DNA of 64,000 nucleotides from NCBI GenBank assembly GCA_018830565.1, contig JAHJRX010000045.1, forward strand, positions 10,626 to 74,625. The letters are read 5' to 3'. Below the pieces are notes generated by a model, which made no database searches, was not told where the DNA came from, and worked only from the letters and a program-made list of their open reading frames with translations. This DNA comes from a bacterium (lineage in GTDB: Bacteria; UBA9089; JAHJRX01). Positions within the stretch are counted from its first letter, which is position 1; each line of letters begins with the position of its first letter. Positions 20,817 to 30,793 of this stretch are shown here, one piece after another. Position numbers and translations under genes: made by a program.

Positions 20817-21587
20817 CTAAATTAAAGTCTTAGATCTATTTTTAAGCATCAACCAGAAAAAGAGGCTGCAAATGAAGAGTAATATTCCAAGACTTTGGGC
20901 CATAGTGAGAGAAAAAATAAAAGCCAGGTTATCTCCTCTAAAAAACTCTAAAATAAATCTTACTGTAGAATATGAGATAAAATACCAAATAAATACTTCA
21001 CCTTCAAATAGTTTATGCTTCAGCTTCCAATTTAAAAAAATAAAGACAACTAAGAGAGCCAAGAATGAATATAATTGAGTAGGATGTAAGACTTTATGGC
21101 CGTAATGACTACAAGCTAAGCTATCCACAGGAAATCTTACTCCCCAAGGCAGGGAAGTAGGCTTTCCATAGCAACACCCAGCCATAAAACAGCCTATTCT
21201 GGTCATACTTTCGCCCAAAGCAAGACAAGGAGCTAATAAATCTGTAATTTTTCCCAAAGGTAGTCTTCTTTTCTTAATAAAGATGACACTGGCTAAGCTG
21301 CCTAAAAGTAAACCTCCATAGAATATTAAACCTCCTTTGTTAAGTAAAATAATCTCTAAAGGCTCATTTAAGTAATATTGATAATTATCTAAGACATACA
21401 AAAGCCTTGCTCCAATGATACCGGCAATTAGGCCAGACAAGCTTAAGTCTATCAAGTCCTTAACTTTTATCCCCTCATCGACTGCTTTTCTTTTTAGATA
21501 AAATAAGGATATGAGAAAAGCAATTGATAGGAATAATCCGTAAGAATAAATTTTTATAAAACCAACAGAAAGTAAGACTGGATGCAT
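20817..21587 (-). CDS. lgt: prolipoprotein diacylglyceryl transferase
   Basis: Multi-TM; Lgt signature region (YGxPT-like GKPTSLPWGVRFP). Confidence 0.7.
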   Translation of the reverse strand: MHPVLLSVGFIKIYSYGLFLSIAFLISLFYLKRKAVDEGIKVKDLIDLSLSGLIAGIIGARLLYVLDNYQYYLNEPLEIILLNKGGLIFYGGLLLGSLASVIFIKKRRLPLGKITDLLAPCLALGESMTRIGCFMAGCCYGKPTSLPWGVRFPVDSLACSHYGHKVLHPTQLYSFLALLVVFIFLNWKLKHKLFEGEVFIWYFISYSTVRFILEFFRGDNLAFIFSLTMAQSLGILLFICSLFFWLMLKNRSKTLI

Positions 21588-21625
21588 TTTCTCCTCTGTT
21601 CTTAATTAAAAATCTCTAAAAACTT

Positions 21626-22150
21626 TTATTTTTCTGAAAAAAGATGGTTGCCTTTTTCTTTCTCTTCTTTATAAAGAAAAAAGCAAAGAAGGAACATCCC
21701 TAAGCAAATGGCCATATCAGCCAGATTAAAGACCGGCCACCTGATACTTTTCCAACCTAAATCTAAGAAATCTATCACTCCTTTAAATAAAAAACGATCG
21801 ATAATATTACCTGTTGTTCCGCCGATAATTAATCCAAAGATAACATCTATAAAGATTTGACCGACTCTTTTTTTTATCTTTTGATAAATAAAGACGATCA
21901 TTCCTGCTAAGGCAAGATTTAAATAGATAAGGATATCTTTAAGACTTGTTAATAAGCTAAAAGCAATTCCTTGATTTTGGATATGACAAATAGATAAGAC
22001 ATCTTTAATCAGCCATATTCCTTCACCTAATTGAAAGGCACATCTGATCAGATACTTACTTGTTTGATCCAAAAATAAGACTACCAAGAAGACTGAGTAA
22101 AAAGCCAAAGATCTTTTATCTTTTAAAGTTACCTCCAAAGTAAAGCTCAT
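21626..22150 (-). CDS. lspA: lipoprotein signal peptidase II
   Basis: FNLADMAICLG motif; four TM helices; conserved ileS-lspA neighbourhood. Confidence 0.75.
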   Translation of the reverse strand: MSFTLEVTLKDKRSLAFYSVFLVVLFLDQTSKYLIRCAFQLGEGIWLIKDVLSICHIQNQGIAFSLLTSLKDILIYLNLALAGMIVFIYQKIKKRVGQIFIDVIFGLIIGGTTGNIIDRFLFKGVIDFLDLGWKSIRWPVFNLADMAICLGMFLLCFFLYKEEKEKGNHLFSEK

Positions 22151-22530
22151 CTCCTCCTATCTTTTGGGCTATTCTTTTCTTTACATTTTAAACAAAATTT
22201 AGCATAAGGAATAGCTTCTAACCGATTAAGTGGAATTTCTTGGCTACAATCTTCACATATTCCATAAGAACCATCTTCCATCTTATGAAGAACCTCGTTA
22301 ACTTCTGCTAATAGATGAGAGACTGAACTTAATAGTTGAATATTTTTTTCTTGCTCAGAGCTATCAGCAGCAATTTCAGCGATATGCTGAGAATACCCGG
22401 AGAGGTTCCCAGAAACATTTCGCAAGGAATTACGTAAATTTTCTTTTTCCATGCTTTGAACCTCTTTGACATACTCAGCTCTTAATTTCAAGAGTTTTTC
22501 CTTAAAGATTTCACGCTGTCTTTCTTCCAT
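22147..22530 (-). CDS. DksA/TraR-family C4 zinc-finger regulator
   Basis: C-terminal CEDC...CLKC zinc finger preceded by a coiled-coil. Confidence 0.65.
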   Translation of the reverse strand: MEERQREIFKEKLLKLRAEYVKEVQSMEKENLRNSLRNVSGNLSGYSQHIAEIAADSSEQEKNIQLLSSVSHLLAEVNEVLHKMEDGSYGICEDCSQEIPLNRLEAIPYAKFCLKCKEKNSPKDRRR

Positions 22531-22565
22531 CTTCCTCTCCTTTCTTTGGTAAATTTAAGATAAAC

Positions 22566-25328
22566 TTAACTTTTTACTACCTTAACACACCTTTGACAAA
22601 GATCTGGTAATTCTAAGCTCTTTCCCACTGATTCTTGATAATTCCAACATCGTTGGCATTTCTTTTCCTTTACCTTTTCTACTTTTATCTTTATCTTTTC
22701 TTCCAAAGAATCTTTTAACTCTACCTTGGAGACAATAAATAAGCTCTTTAATTCTTCTTGGTATTTTTCTAACAATTTCTTATTGGTCAAAGATAAATTA
22801 ATGGTTACTCTTGTTTCTAAGGAGTTTCCTATCACTCCTTTTTTTCTAATCTCTTCTATCTCTTTTAAGACTTCATCTCTCAATAAAAGTAGTTCTTCGT
22901 ATTCTTTTTCTAATTCCTCATCTATGAACTCTTCTTTTGCTTTAGGCCAAGAAGCCAAGTGAACACTTTCTTTCTTTTTTTTACCATTAGGTAAATAACT
23001 CCATATTTCTTCGGCAGTAAAGCTTATGACTGGAGCTACTAATTTAACCAAAACTATTAACACCTTATAAATACAGGTTTGGGCAGATCTCCTATCTAAT
23101 GAATCTTTAGGGTAAGTATAAAGTCGATCTTTGATAATGTCTAAATAAAGAGAACTTAAAGTAACAACACAAAAATTATTCAACAAATGGTAGAAGTTAT
23201 AAAACTCAAACTCTTCAAAAGAAGAAGTAGTCTTATTAATCAAGACTTGAAGCTTGGAAAGAAGCCAACGATCTATGCTTAGTAATTCTTGATAAGGCAA
23301 GCTATCTTTATCAGGATCAAAATCATAAATATTTCCTAAAATAAACCGACCGGTATTTCTAATTTTTCGATAAGCTTCAGCCATTCTTTCTATAATTTCT
23401 TTTCCTATGTTTACATCATTTCGATAATCAATAGAACATACCCAAAGCCTTAAAATATCAGCTCCATATTTAGAAATAATTTCCAGGGGAGAGATCACAT
23501 TCCCCATCGATTTGCTCATGGCTTTGCCTGAAGAATCAAGCATAAAACCATGAGTAAGGACCGTCTTATAAGGAGGCTTTCCATGGATGCTCATAGCTAC
23601 TAACATAGATGATTGAAACCAACCTCGATGTTGGTCGCTTCCTTCTAAGTACAAATCAGCTGGCCAATAAAGCTCTTTTCTTTGACGTAAAACAGCTTCA
23701 TGGCTTACTCCTGACTCAAACCAAACATCTATAATATCACTTTCTTGGCTAAGCTTATTTCCTCCGCATTGAGGACATCTTTCTTGGCTTGACAGAAAAT
23801 AACTAGCTTCTTTTTTAAACCAAGCCTCTATTCCTTCTTCTTGGATAACATCTCTGACTTTATAGATTATTTCAGGTAGTAAAAGATAACCTCCACATTC
23901 TTGACAATGAAATGCCGGAATGGGCACTCCCCAAGATCTTTGACGAGAAATACACCACTCATCTCGATTAGCTACCATTCCATAAAATCTGTTCTTACCC
24001 CAGTCAGGAATCCAATTTACTTCTTCTATGGCTTGCAAAGTTCTTTCTTTTAAATTATTTACCTCCATACTGATAAACCATTGCTTAGTAGCTCTAGAGA
24101 TTACAGGATTCTTACATCGCCAACAATGGGGATAAGAATGAGTAATTTCGCCACGCCATAAAAGATAAGCTAAGTCTTTTAACTTTTTACAAACCTTTTC
24201 ATTAGCCTTAAATACTTCCAATCCCTCAAATTCTAAAGCTTCCTTAGTAAATTTACCTTTTTCATCTACCGGACAGATAATAGGCAGTTTGTAATTAATT
24301 CCTGTTTCGTAATCTTCCAATCCATGACCAGGAGCAATATGAACACAACCGCTACCTTCTTCTAAAGAAACATAGTCAGCTAAGACTAAGGTTGATTTTC
24401 TTTCTATGAAAGGATGGTCACAAGATAAATTTTCTAACTCTCTTCCTTTGTTTTTTTGGAGAATCTGATAGTCGTTTATCTTCAAAATGCTGATCATTTT
24501 GGAGAGCATATTTTCTGCAAAAAGGTAAGCTTCTTCTTTTTCATCTCTCTTTACCAAGACGGTAATATAATTAGCCTCGGGGTGAAGAGCAATAGCTACA
24601 TTAGCAATCAATGTCCAGGGAGTGGTAGTCCAAATAACTACATAGAGAAGCGAGTTAATGTCCTTAAATATTTCACCTTTTTCTTTCAGAAGAAACTTTA
24701 CAAAGAGAGAAGGAGAATTTCGTTCCTTATACTCTACCTCCGCTTCTGCTAAAGCTGTTTGGCAGTCAGAGCACCAGTAGACAGGCTTGAGTCCCTTGTA
24801 AACATGTCCTCTTTCCACGATCTTGCCAAATACATCTATCACCGTAGCACAATAATCATGATCGAGGGTTAAATACGGATTATTCCAATCTCCTAAAACT
24901 CCTAACCTTTTAAACTGTTCTTTTTGAATCTCTATATATTTTTCAGCATACTCTTGGCATTCCAGTCTTATTCTTTCTGAAGTTAAGCCTTCTTCATTAG
25001 CCAATCGTTGCGCAACTTTATACTCAATGGGGAGGCCATGGCAATCCCATCCAGGAATGTATGGTGCATCGTGGCCAGTCATCGACTTGTATTTGACAAT
25101 AATATCTTTTAGGATCTTATTTAAAGCATGTCCCATATGAATATCTCCATTAGCATAAGGAGGGCCATCATGAAGAACATACCTTGGTTTATCTTTAGAA
25201 TTTTCCCGTAATTTTTGGTAAAGCCTTATCTCTTCCCAAAACTTTTCTATTTCTAGTTCTTTAAGGGGAAGATTAGCTTTCATTTTAAAGTCTGTTTTAG
25301 GTAAATTTAATGTTTCTTGGTAATTCAT
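22566..25328 (-). CDS. ileS: isoleucine--tRNA ligase
   Basis: HMGH (HIGH-class) and KMSKS motifs; C-terminal zinc-binding Cys pairs; 920 aa. Confidence 0.9.
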   Translation of the reverse strand: MNYQETLNLPKTDFKMKANLPLKELEIEKFWEEIRLYQKLRENSKDKPRYVLHDGPPYANGDIHMGHALNKILKDIIVKYKSMTGHDAPYIPGWDCHGLPIEYKVAQRLANEEGLTSERIRLECQEYAEKYIEIQKEQFKRLGVLGDWNNPYLTLDHDYCATVIDVFGKIVERGHVYKGLKPVYWCSDCQTALAEAEVEYKERNSPSLFVKFLLKEKGEIFKDINSLLYVVIWTTTPWTLIANVAIALHPEANYITVLVKRDEKEEAYLFAENMLSKMISILKINDYQILQKNKGRELENLSCDHPFIERKSTLVLADYVSLEEGSGCVHIAPGHGLEDYETGINYKLPIICPVDEKGKFTKEALEFEGLEVFKANEKVCKKLKDLAYLLWRGEITHSYPHCWRCKNPVISRATKQWFISMEVNNLKERTLQAIEEVNWIPDWGKNRFYGMVANRDEWCISRQRSWGVPIPAFHCQECGGYLLLPEIIYKVRDVIQEEGIEAWFKKEASYFLSSQERCPQCGGNKLSQESDIIDVWFESGVSHEAVLRQRKELYWPADLYLEGSDQHRGWFQSSMLVAMSIHGKPPYKTVLTHGFMLDSSGKAMSKSMGNVISPLEIISKYGADILRLWVCSIDYRNDVNIGKEIIERMAEAYRKIRNTGRFILGNIYDFDPDKDSLPYQELLSIDRWLLSKLQVLINKTTSSFEEFEFYNFYHLLNNFCVVTLSSLYLDIIKDRLYTYPKDSLDRRSAQTCIYKVLIVLVKLVAPVISFTAEEIWSYLPNGKKKKESVHLASWPKAKEEFIDEELEKEYEELLLLRDEVLKEIEEIRKKGVIGNSLETRVTINLSLTNKKLLEKYQEELKSLFIVSKVELKDSLEEKIKIKVEKVKEKKCQRCWNYQESVGKSLELPDLCQRCVKVVKS

Positions 25329-25378
25329 CTAGTTTTTTGGTGATTTTGGATAGATTTTATATAATTTATCAATTAATC

Positions 25379-25672
25379 TTATAAATTAATCTTATAATTT
25401 GGTAATCTTAAAAATTTCTCCACGATACTCAGCTTTTCTTCTGTCAAATTACTAATTTCTATTATCTTTTTAGAAAAATGTTGACCCTTAATAATTTTAA
25501 AAGAAGACTTGGAGATCCCAAGTTGTTTAGATAAATAATCAATCAAAGTTTTATTAGCCCTTCCTTCAATAGCTGGAGAAACTATCTTAATCTTTAAATA
25601 ATTATCAAGATAGTCTAAAATCTTATTTTCTGAAGCATTAGGCTGTATCTTAATCTTAATTTGTAACTTCAA
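25379..25672 (-). CDS. DUF167 (YggU) family protein
   Basis: VSPAIEGRANKTLIDYLSKQLGISKSSFKIIKGQ is the DUF167 core. Confidence 0.6.
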   Translation of the reverse strand: MKLQIKIKIQPNASENKILDYLDNYLKIKIVSPAIEGRANKTLIDYLSKQLGISKSSFKIIKGQHFSKKIIEISNLTEEKLSIVEKFLRLPNYKINL

Positions 25673-25674
25673 AC

Positions 25675-25974
25675 TTAAATCTTATTACTAATACTAATTA
25701 AGGTTCCCACAATGAAATTTTTTAAAAATTCTAAAAGAAAAAAGGCAATAATGGGCGAAAAATCAATCATTCCAAACTGCAAAGGAACCAATCTTTTAAT
25801 TAGATTTAAGATAGGGTCAGTAAGTTTATAGATAATTTGAACAACTTGATGAAAAGGATCTGGTGCTATCCAGGAACTAATAATTCTAGCTACCAATAAA
25901 AAATAGAAAAGGTTAAAGGCTATATTTAAAATTATCGCTAAGTTTCTAAAAAGATTAGCTAAGTTAAACATCAT
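25675..25974 (-). CDS. YggT-family membrane protein
   Basis: Two-TM YggT pattern; conserved yggS-proC-yggT cluster. Confidence 0.6.
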   Translation of the reverse strand: MMFNLANLFRNLAIILNIAFNLFYFLLVARIISSWIAPDPFHQVVQIIYKLTDPILNLIKRLVPLQFGMIDFSPIIAFFLLEFLKNFIVGTLISISNKI

Positions 25975-26181
25975 GATTTTTATTTTTAAAAAAAGTCAAA
26001 TAAGATAGCTCTTTGATAGTGCTACGGAACTATCTTCCGTAAAACTTCGCCCTTATGATGCTCAGGAACGTTCGGACTTGCTCGCATTTTTTTGTGCTGC
26101 CGTTCCCACGAAAGGAAAATTAGTTTTCCCCTTTGTTGCAATCCTTACAACAAGAATTTTTTCAAATTCTTAGACAATAAA

Positions 26182-26994
26182 TTAATTTTCCGCTGATAAC
26201 TCGGAAGCCCTTTGGGCGGCTTTCTTGACAGCTTTAATAATAGCAGAACGAAATCCTGACTCCTCTAAAGTGTTCAAAGCCGCAATCGTTGTTCCTCCAG
26301 GAGAAGTTACTTTCTCTTTAAGAAGCACTGGATGTTCACCGGTCTTTAAGATAGTCAAGACTGCTCCTTTTATAGTTTCAGTAACAAGTTTAAGAGATAT
26401 TTCTCGAGATATCCCTAATTCTACGCCTGCATCTACTAAAGCTTCAATAAAAGTAAAGACATAGGCAGGGCCACTTCCAGATAAAGCCGTAATCGCATTC
26501 ATTAAGCTTTCTTCTGCTTTGACTACTTCTCCTACCGTCTTAAAGATCGTGAAAGCTGCTTTTTCTTCTTCCTCCTGAACATATTTACCTAAGGAAATAG
26601 CTGAAATACCTTTTCTAATTAAGACCGGCATATTAGGCATCGCCCTAATGACGCTAACCTTCTTATTAAATCGATCTTCAATATCAGTAGTATTAATTCC
26701 AGCCACCACAGAAATTATACTCTGGGTAGTATTAACCTCATTCTTTATTTCATCTATCACTTGATTTAATACCACCGGCTTTACAGAAAGGATAATAACA
26801 TCAGTCTCCCTAATCGCTTCCTTGTTATTACTAAAAACATTTACTTTGTATTTATCAACAAGATAATCTAATCTTTCTTTCTTGACATCGCTTACTGAAA
26901 TCTCCTCTGGAGAGAGAAGCTTTGCTTCAATGACACCTCTGGCAATAGCTTCAGCTATATTTCCTCCCCCTAAAAATGATACTTTTAAATTCAT
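26182..26994 (-). CDS. proC: pyrroline-5-carboxylate reductase
   Basis: N-terminal GGGNIAEAIARG Rossmann motif; C-terminal P5CR dimerisation domain (TSPGGTT). Confidence 0.8.
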   Translation of the reverse strand: MNLKVSFLGGGNIAEAIARGVIEAKLLSPEEISVSDVKKERLDYLVDKYKVNVFSNNKEAIRETDVIILSVKPVVLNQVIDEIKNEVNTTQSIISVVAGINTTDIEDRFNKKVSVIRAMPNMPVLIRKGISAISLGKYVQEEEEKAAFTIFKTVGEVVKAEESLMNAITALSGSGPAYVFTFIEALVDAGVELGISREISLKLVTETIKGAVLTILKTGEHPVLLKEKVTSPGGTTIAALNTLEESGFRSAIIKAVKKAAQRASELSAEN

Positions 26995-27054
26995 TTTGCC
27001 AATAACCCTTTACTTTTAATAAAAGCTACGTCTATGAATTTTTTAAGTTCCTAT

Positions 27055-27723
27055 TCAATTAAATATTGCATTTCCAACGCGAATCATATTAGCTCCTTCT
27101 TGTAGAGCAATTTCATAATCATTGCTCATGCCCATAGAAAGATACTTTAACTTTAGGCCTTTGATGTTTAGTTTAGAGATTTTAGTTTGTAAATTTCTTA
27201 ATCTTTTAAAACAATCTCTTAATCTATCTTCTTCAGAAACAAAAGGAGCAATTGTCATTAACCCTTTAATTGAAAGATTAAACATGGAGGCTAATCTTTC
27301 AATTAAGTTTAAAACTTCTTCTTCAAAAAAACCATACTTATTTTTTTCTTTAGAAGTATTTACTTGAAGCAAGATGTCTTGAACTTTATTAATCTTTTCC
27401 GCTTCCTTATTTATTTCATAAGCTAAAGAGTAACTATCTACAGATTGGATTAAATCAAACAATCTCACGACTGTTTTTACTTTATTAGTTTGAAGATGTC
27501 CTATCAGATGATACTTAACCTTATCTTTTTGAAGAAATGAAAATTTTCTCTCTGCTTCTTGAACCTTGCTTTCTCCTATATTTTTTATGTTTTGTTTAAT
27601 AACCTCTTCTACTTTATCTACTTCTACCAGCTTAGTAACTACAACAATAACTACTCTTCTATTTGGACAAATATGGACAATCCTCTTTTTTAGATAACTT
27701 AAATTCCTTTTAATACTCTCCAT
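27055..27723 (-). CDS. YggS-family pyridoxal-phosphate homeostasis protein
   Basis: Alanine-racemase-N-fold motifs (HLIGHLQTNKVK, SMGMSNDYEIA); start chosen at the ATG encoding MESIKRN (the track ORF begins at an upstream TTG at 27768). Confidence 0.65.
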   Translation of the reverse strand: MESIKRNLSYLKKRIVHICPNRRVVIVVVTKLVEVDKVEEVIKQNIKNIGESKVQEAERKFSFLQKDKVKYHLIGHLQTNKVKTVVRLFDLIQSVDSYSLAYEINKEAEKINKVQDILLQVNTSKEKNKYGFFEEEVLNLIERLASMFNLSIKGLMTIAPFVSEEDRLRDCFKRLRNLQTKISKLNIKGLKLKYLSMGMSNDYEIALQEGANMIRVGNAIFN

Positions 27724-27820
27724 TTTATTCTTGTTAAACATACCTATTTTTAAGATAATTTGCAACAAAAAAGTTAGTTTTTGGGTGATCGGTTAGTTAT
27801 CAGGGGATTTAACTAAAGGC

Positions 27821-27848
27821 TTGACAAAAAAACAATTTAAAGTATGAT
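27821..27848 (+). promoter_or_regulatory. sigma70-type promoter for thiC (TTGACA-16 nt-TATGAT)
   Basis: Consensus -35 and near-consensus -10 about 30 nt upstream of an AGGAGAG RBS and the thiC ATG. Confidence 0.5.
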
Positions 27849-27879
27849 AGTCTCTATTATTTAATAAGGAGAGAAATAA

Positions 27880-29178
27880 ATGCAGACCCAGTCAGAAAGA
27901 GCTAAAAATGGAGAAGTTACTAAGGAGATGAAGGATGTAGCGGAAAGAGAAGGTGTTTCTTGGGAATACATAAGAGACATGATAGCCAAAGGCAAAGTGG
28001 TTATTCCAGCTAATGTCAATCGGGAGTGTAATCCGGTAGGCATTGGCAAAGGATTAAAGACTAAGGTTAATGCCAGTATAGGCACCTCCCCTGATATTAT
28101 AAACTTAGAAATGGAGATAGATAAAGCAAAGATTGCGGAAAAATATCAAGCTGATACTTTGATGGAACTTTCCACAGGAGGAGATTTAGACTTAATAAGA
28201 AGAACTATCTTAAAAGCAATCTCTTTGCCAGTAGGAAATGTTCCTCTTTATCAAGCCGCTATAGAGACTATTCAAGAATTTGGTTCGGTGGTTAAGATGA
28301 AACCAGATTTTTTATTTGAAGTAATAGAAAAACAAGCCCGTGATGGCATTGGTTTCATGGCTATTCATTGTGGTATTAATTTAATCACCTTAGAACGTCT
28401 GAAGAAGCAAAATTATCGTTATGGTGGGTTAGTGAGTCGAGGAGGAGCTTTTATGACAGCTTGGATGCTTCATAACAAAGAAGAGAATCCCTTATATGCT
28501 CAATTTGGTCGCTTATTAGAGATTTTGAAAAGATACGACACGGTTCTTAGCTTGGGTAATGGCATGCGTGCTGGGGCTATTCATGATTCTTCCGATAGAG
28601 CTCAAGTGCAAGAATTAATCCTTAATTGCGAGTTAGCTGATGAAGCTAAAAAAGCAGGAGTTCAAGTAATCGTGGAAGGACCAGGTCATATTCCCATTGA
28701 TGAAATAGAAACCAATGTGATTATTCAGAAAAGAATGAGTGGAGAGGCTCCTTTTTATATGTTAGGTCCCTTAACCACCGATGTTGCCCCTGGTTATGAT
28801 CATATTTCTGCGGCGGTAGGCGCGGCTCTTTCTTCAGCCTATGGAGCTGATTTCATTTGTTATGTAACACCGCCAGAACATGTTGCTCTTCCCTTTCCTG
28901 AAGATGTCAAAGAGGGAGTAATTACTGCTAAAATTGCTACCCATATCGGTGATATGATTAAGCTTAATAAAAGAGAAGATGACTTAAAGATGGCTTATGC
29001 CCGTCGTAATTTAGATTGGAAAGAACAGTTCAAGTTAGCCATTAACCCAGAAAAAGCTGAAAAGTTAAGAGAAGAAAGAGCCCCCAAGGATAAGAGTACT
29101 TGTACGATGTGCGGAGAATATTGTGCCATCAAGATTGTCAATGAAACTTTTGCTTCTAAGATACCAGAGTGTAAATAA
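27880..29178 (+). CDS. thiC: phosphomethylpyrimidine synthase (short ThiC form)
   Basis: ThiC core plus C-terminal [11 protein letters not shown] iron-sulfur motif. Confidence 0.8.
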   Translation: MQTQSERAKNGEVTKEMKDVAEREGVSWEYIRDMIAKGKVVIPANVNRECNPVGIGKGLKTKVNASIGTSPDIINLEMEIDKAKIAEKYQADTLMELSTGGDLDLIRRTILKAISLPVGNVPLYQAAIETIQEFGSVVKMKPDFLFEVIEKQARDGIGFMAIHCGINLITLERLKKQNYRYGGLVSRGGAFMTAWMLHNKEENPLYAQFGRLLEILKRYDTVLSLGNGMRAGAIHDSSDRAQVQELILNCELADEAKKAGVQVIVEGPGHIPIDEIETNVIIQKRMSGEAPFYMLGPLTTDVAPGYDHISAAVGAALSSAYGADFICYVTPPEHVALPFPEDVKEGVITAKIATHIGDMIKLNKREDDLKMAYARRNLDWKEQFKLAINPEKAEKLREERAPKDKSTCTMCGEYCAIKIVNETFASKIPECK

Positions 29179-29536
29179 TGCCTTAGTAGGAAAATTTCAT
29201 TTGAATGCCACCAAAATTAAGCAATTTTTCTTTCCTGTAAAATCAAAAAGTTATTGCCTTCAGAAAAAAGTTCATTCTTCTGGGCTTCTTTTGTCTAAAA
29301 CTCCCCGTATTCATCCCAATCATTGCTTTTTGCTACTGAACGTAACTTCAGAATTAATTCAGCCCCACTAATTCCCCAGCAGGCCATTGATATTCCCATT
29401 CTATTCTTAACAATATGCCTACATGTTGACTTAACAACACCAGAACCTATCGGATGACCTCGGACTAAATATAGCCCTTATACCAAATTGCAATCAAATG
29501 TATAATAACAATTCGGTATAAATATGAAAAAACGGT

Positions 29537-29607
29537 TAAATCCGAATATCGAAATCCGAAATACGAAACAAATCCGAATACCAAAATTCAAAATCCAAAA
29601 CAATAAG
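29537..29607. repeat. degenerate tandem (AAATCCGAA-TA-CG)n array, about 14-bp period, 5 units
   Basis: Direct inspection; about 200 bp upstream of pseB. Confidence 0.6.
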
Positions 29608-29803
29608 ATATTTGAGATATTTAGTAGCTTGCAACATTTTATTTCTGATTGCAACTTGGTATGACAACATTCTGCAAATCTTTTCATGACAGTTTTTTTC
29701 ATAATTTCATCATTAGAATTGCTGACAAATAATATTATTGACATCAGGAAATATTTAATTTATACAAAAAGAGGAAATAAACTTTAAAAAAGTAGGTACA
29801 AAT

Positions 29804-30787
29804 ATGATCTTGAAAAATAAGACTCTATTAATTACAGGAGGAACAGGTTCTTTTGGAAGAAAATTTACAGAAATAGTTCTAAAAGAATATCATCCTAAGA
29901 AACTTATTATATTTAGCCGAGATGAATTAAAACAGTTTGAGATGAGCCAGATCTTCAGTGAAAAGGAATATAAAAATATCAGATATTTCATTGGTGATGT
30001 AAGAGATAAAGAAAGATTATATCGGGCCTTGGCAGGGGTTGATATTGTAATTCATACAGCGGCATTAAAACAAGTTCCAGCGGGAGAATACAATCCCTTC
30101 GAAGCAGTTAAAACAAACATTTTAGGTGCAGAAAATATTATCAATGTAGCCATAGATCAAGGAGTAGGAAAGGTGCTTGCTCTAAGTACTGACAAAGCTG
30201 TGAACCCAATTAATCTTTATGGAGCTACTAAACTATGTTCTGATAAACTCTTTATTGCCGGCAACTCTTATATAGGCCAAAAGGATATCAATTTTAGTGT
30301 GGTTAGATATGGAAATGTAGTCGGTAGCCGGGGAAGTGTTATTCCTCTTTTTCAAAAACTTTCTTCCACCGGCAAACTTCCCATTACTGATAAAAGAATG
30401 ACTCGTTTTTGGATTACCTTAGACCAAGGAGTAAGATTTGTCTTGAAATGTTTAGCTAAAATGATAGGTGGAGAGATATTTGTTCCAAAGCTGCCGAGCA
30501 TGAATATTATGGACTTAGCTAAAGTAATTGCCCCAAAATGCAAATATGAATTTGTAGGAATTAGACCTGGAGAAAAGATCCATGAAGTCTTAATTTCAAA
30601 AGATGAAGCTCTGCACACCTTAGAATATGAGGATTGTTTTATTATTTACTCAGCCTTTCCTTGGCGAACAATACAAAAACATAGAATAGCTGGTGGTAAG
30701 CCTCTACCACCAGGGTTTTCCTATAGGAGTGATAAAAATAACTGGTGTTTAACCCCAGAAGAACTAAGAAAGATATTAGGTGAGTAA
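29804..30787 (+). CDS. pseB: UDP-N-acetylglucosamine 4,6-dehydratase (inverting), PseB/FlaA1 type
   Basis: LLITGGTGSFG, IIFSRDELKQFEMSQIF, RYFIGDVRDKERL and YGATKL...D align closely with Campylobacter/Helicobacter PseB. Confidence 0.85.
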   Translation: MILKNKTLLITGGTGSFGRKFTEIVLKEYHPKKLIIFSRDELKQFEMSQIFSEKEYKNIRYFIGDVRDKERLYRALAGVDIVIHTAALKQVPAGEYNPFEAVKTNILGAENIINVAIDQGVGKVLALSTDKAVNPINLYGATKLCSDKLFIAGNSYIGQKDINFSVVRYGNVVGSRGSVIPLFQKLSSTGKLPITDKRMTRFWITLDQGVRFVLKCLAKMIGGEIFVPKLPSMNIMDLAKVIAPKCKYEFVGIRPGEKIHEVLISKDEALHTLEYEDCFIIYSAFPWRTIQKHRIAGGKPLPPGFSYRSDKNNWCLTPEELRKILGE

Positions 30788-30793
30788 TTAGAA

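Noticed and set aside
27769-27879. TPP riboswitch expected upstream of thiC
   Set aside because: No THI-box sequence (CUGAGA ... CCUGAUCUGGAUAAUGCCAGCG) is recognisable; only a promoter and RBS are present.
29123-29744. ORFs 29123-29371 (+) and 29478-29744 (-)
   Set aside because: The first overlaps the thiC 3' end out of frame; the second is a read-through of the AAATCCGAA repeat array (FRISIFGFNRF...). Neither has a start context.
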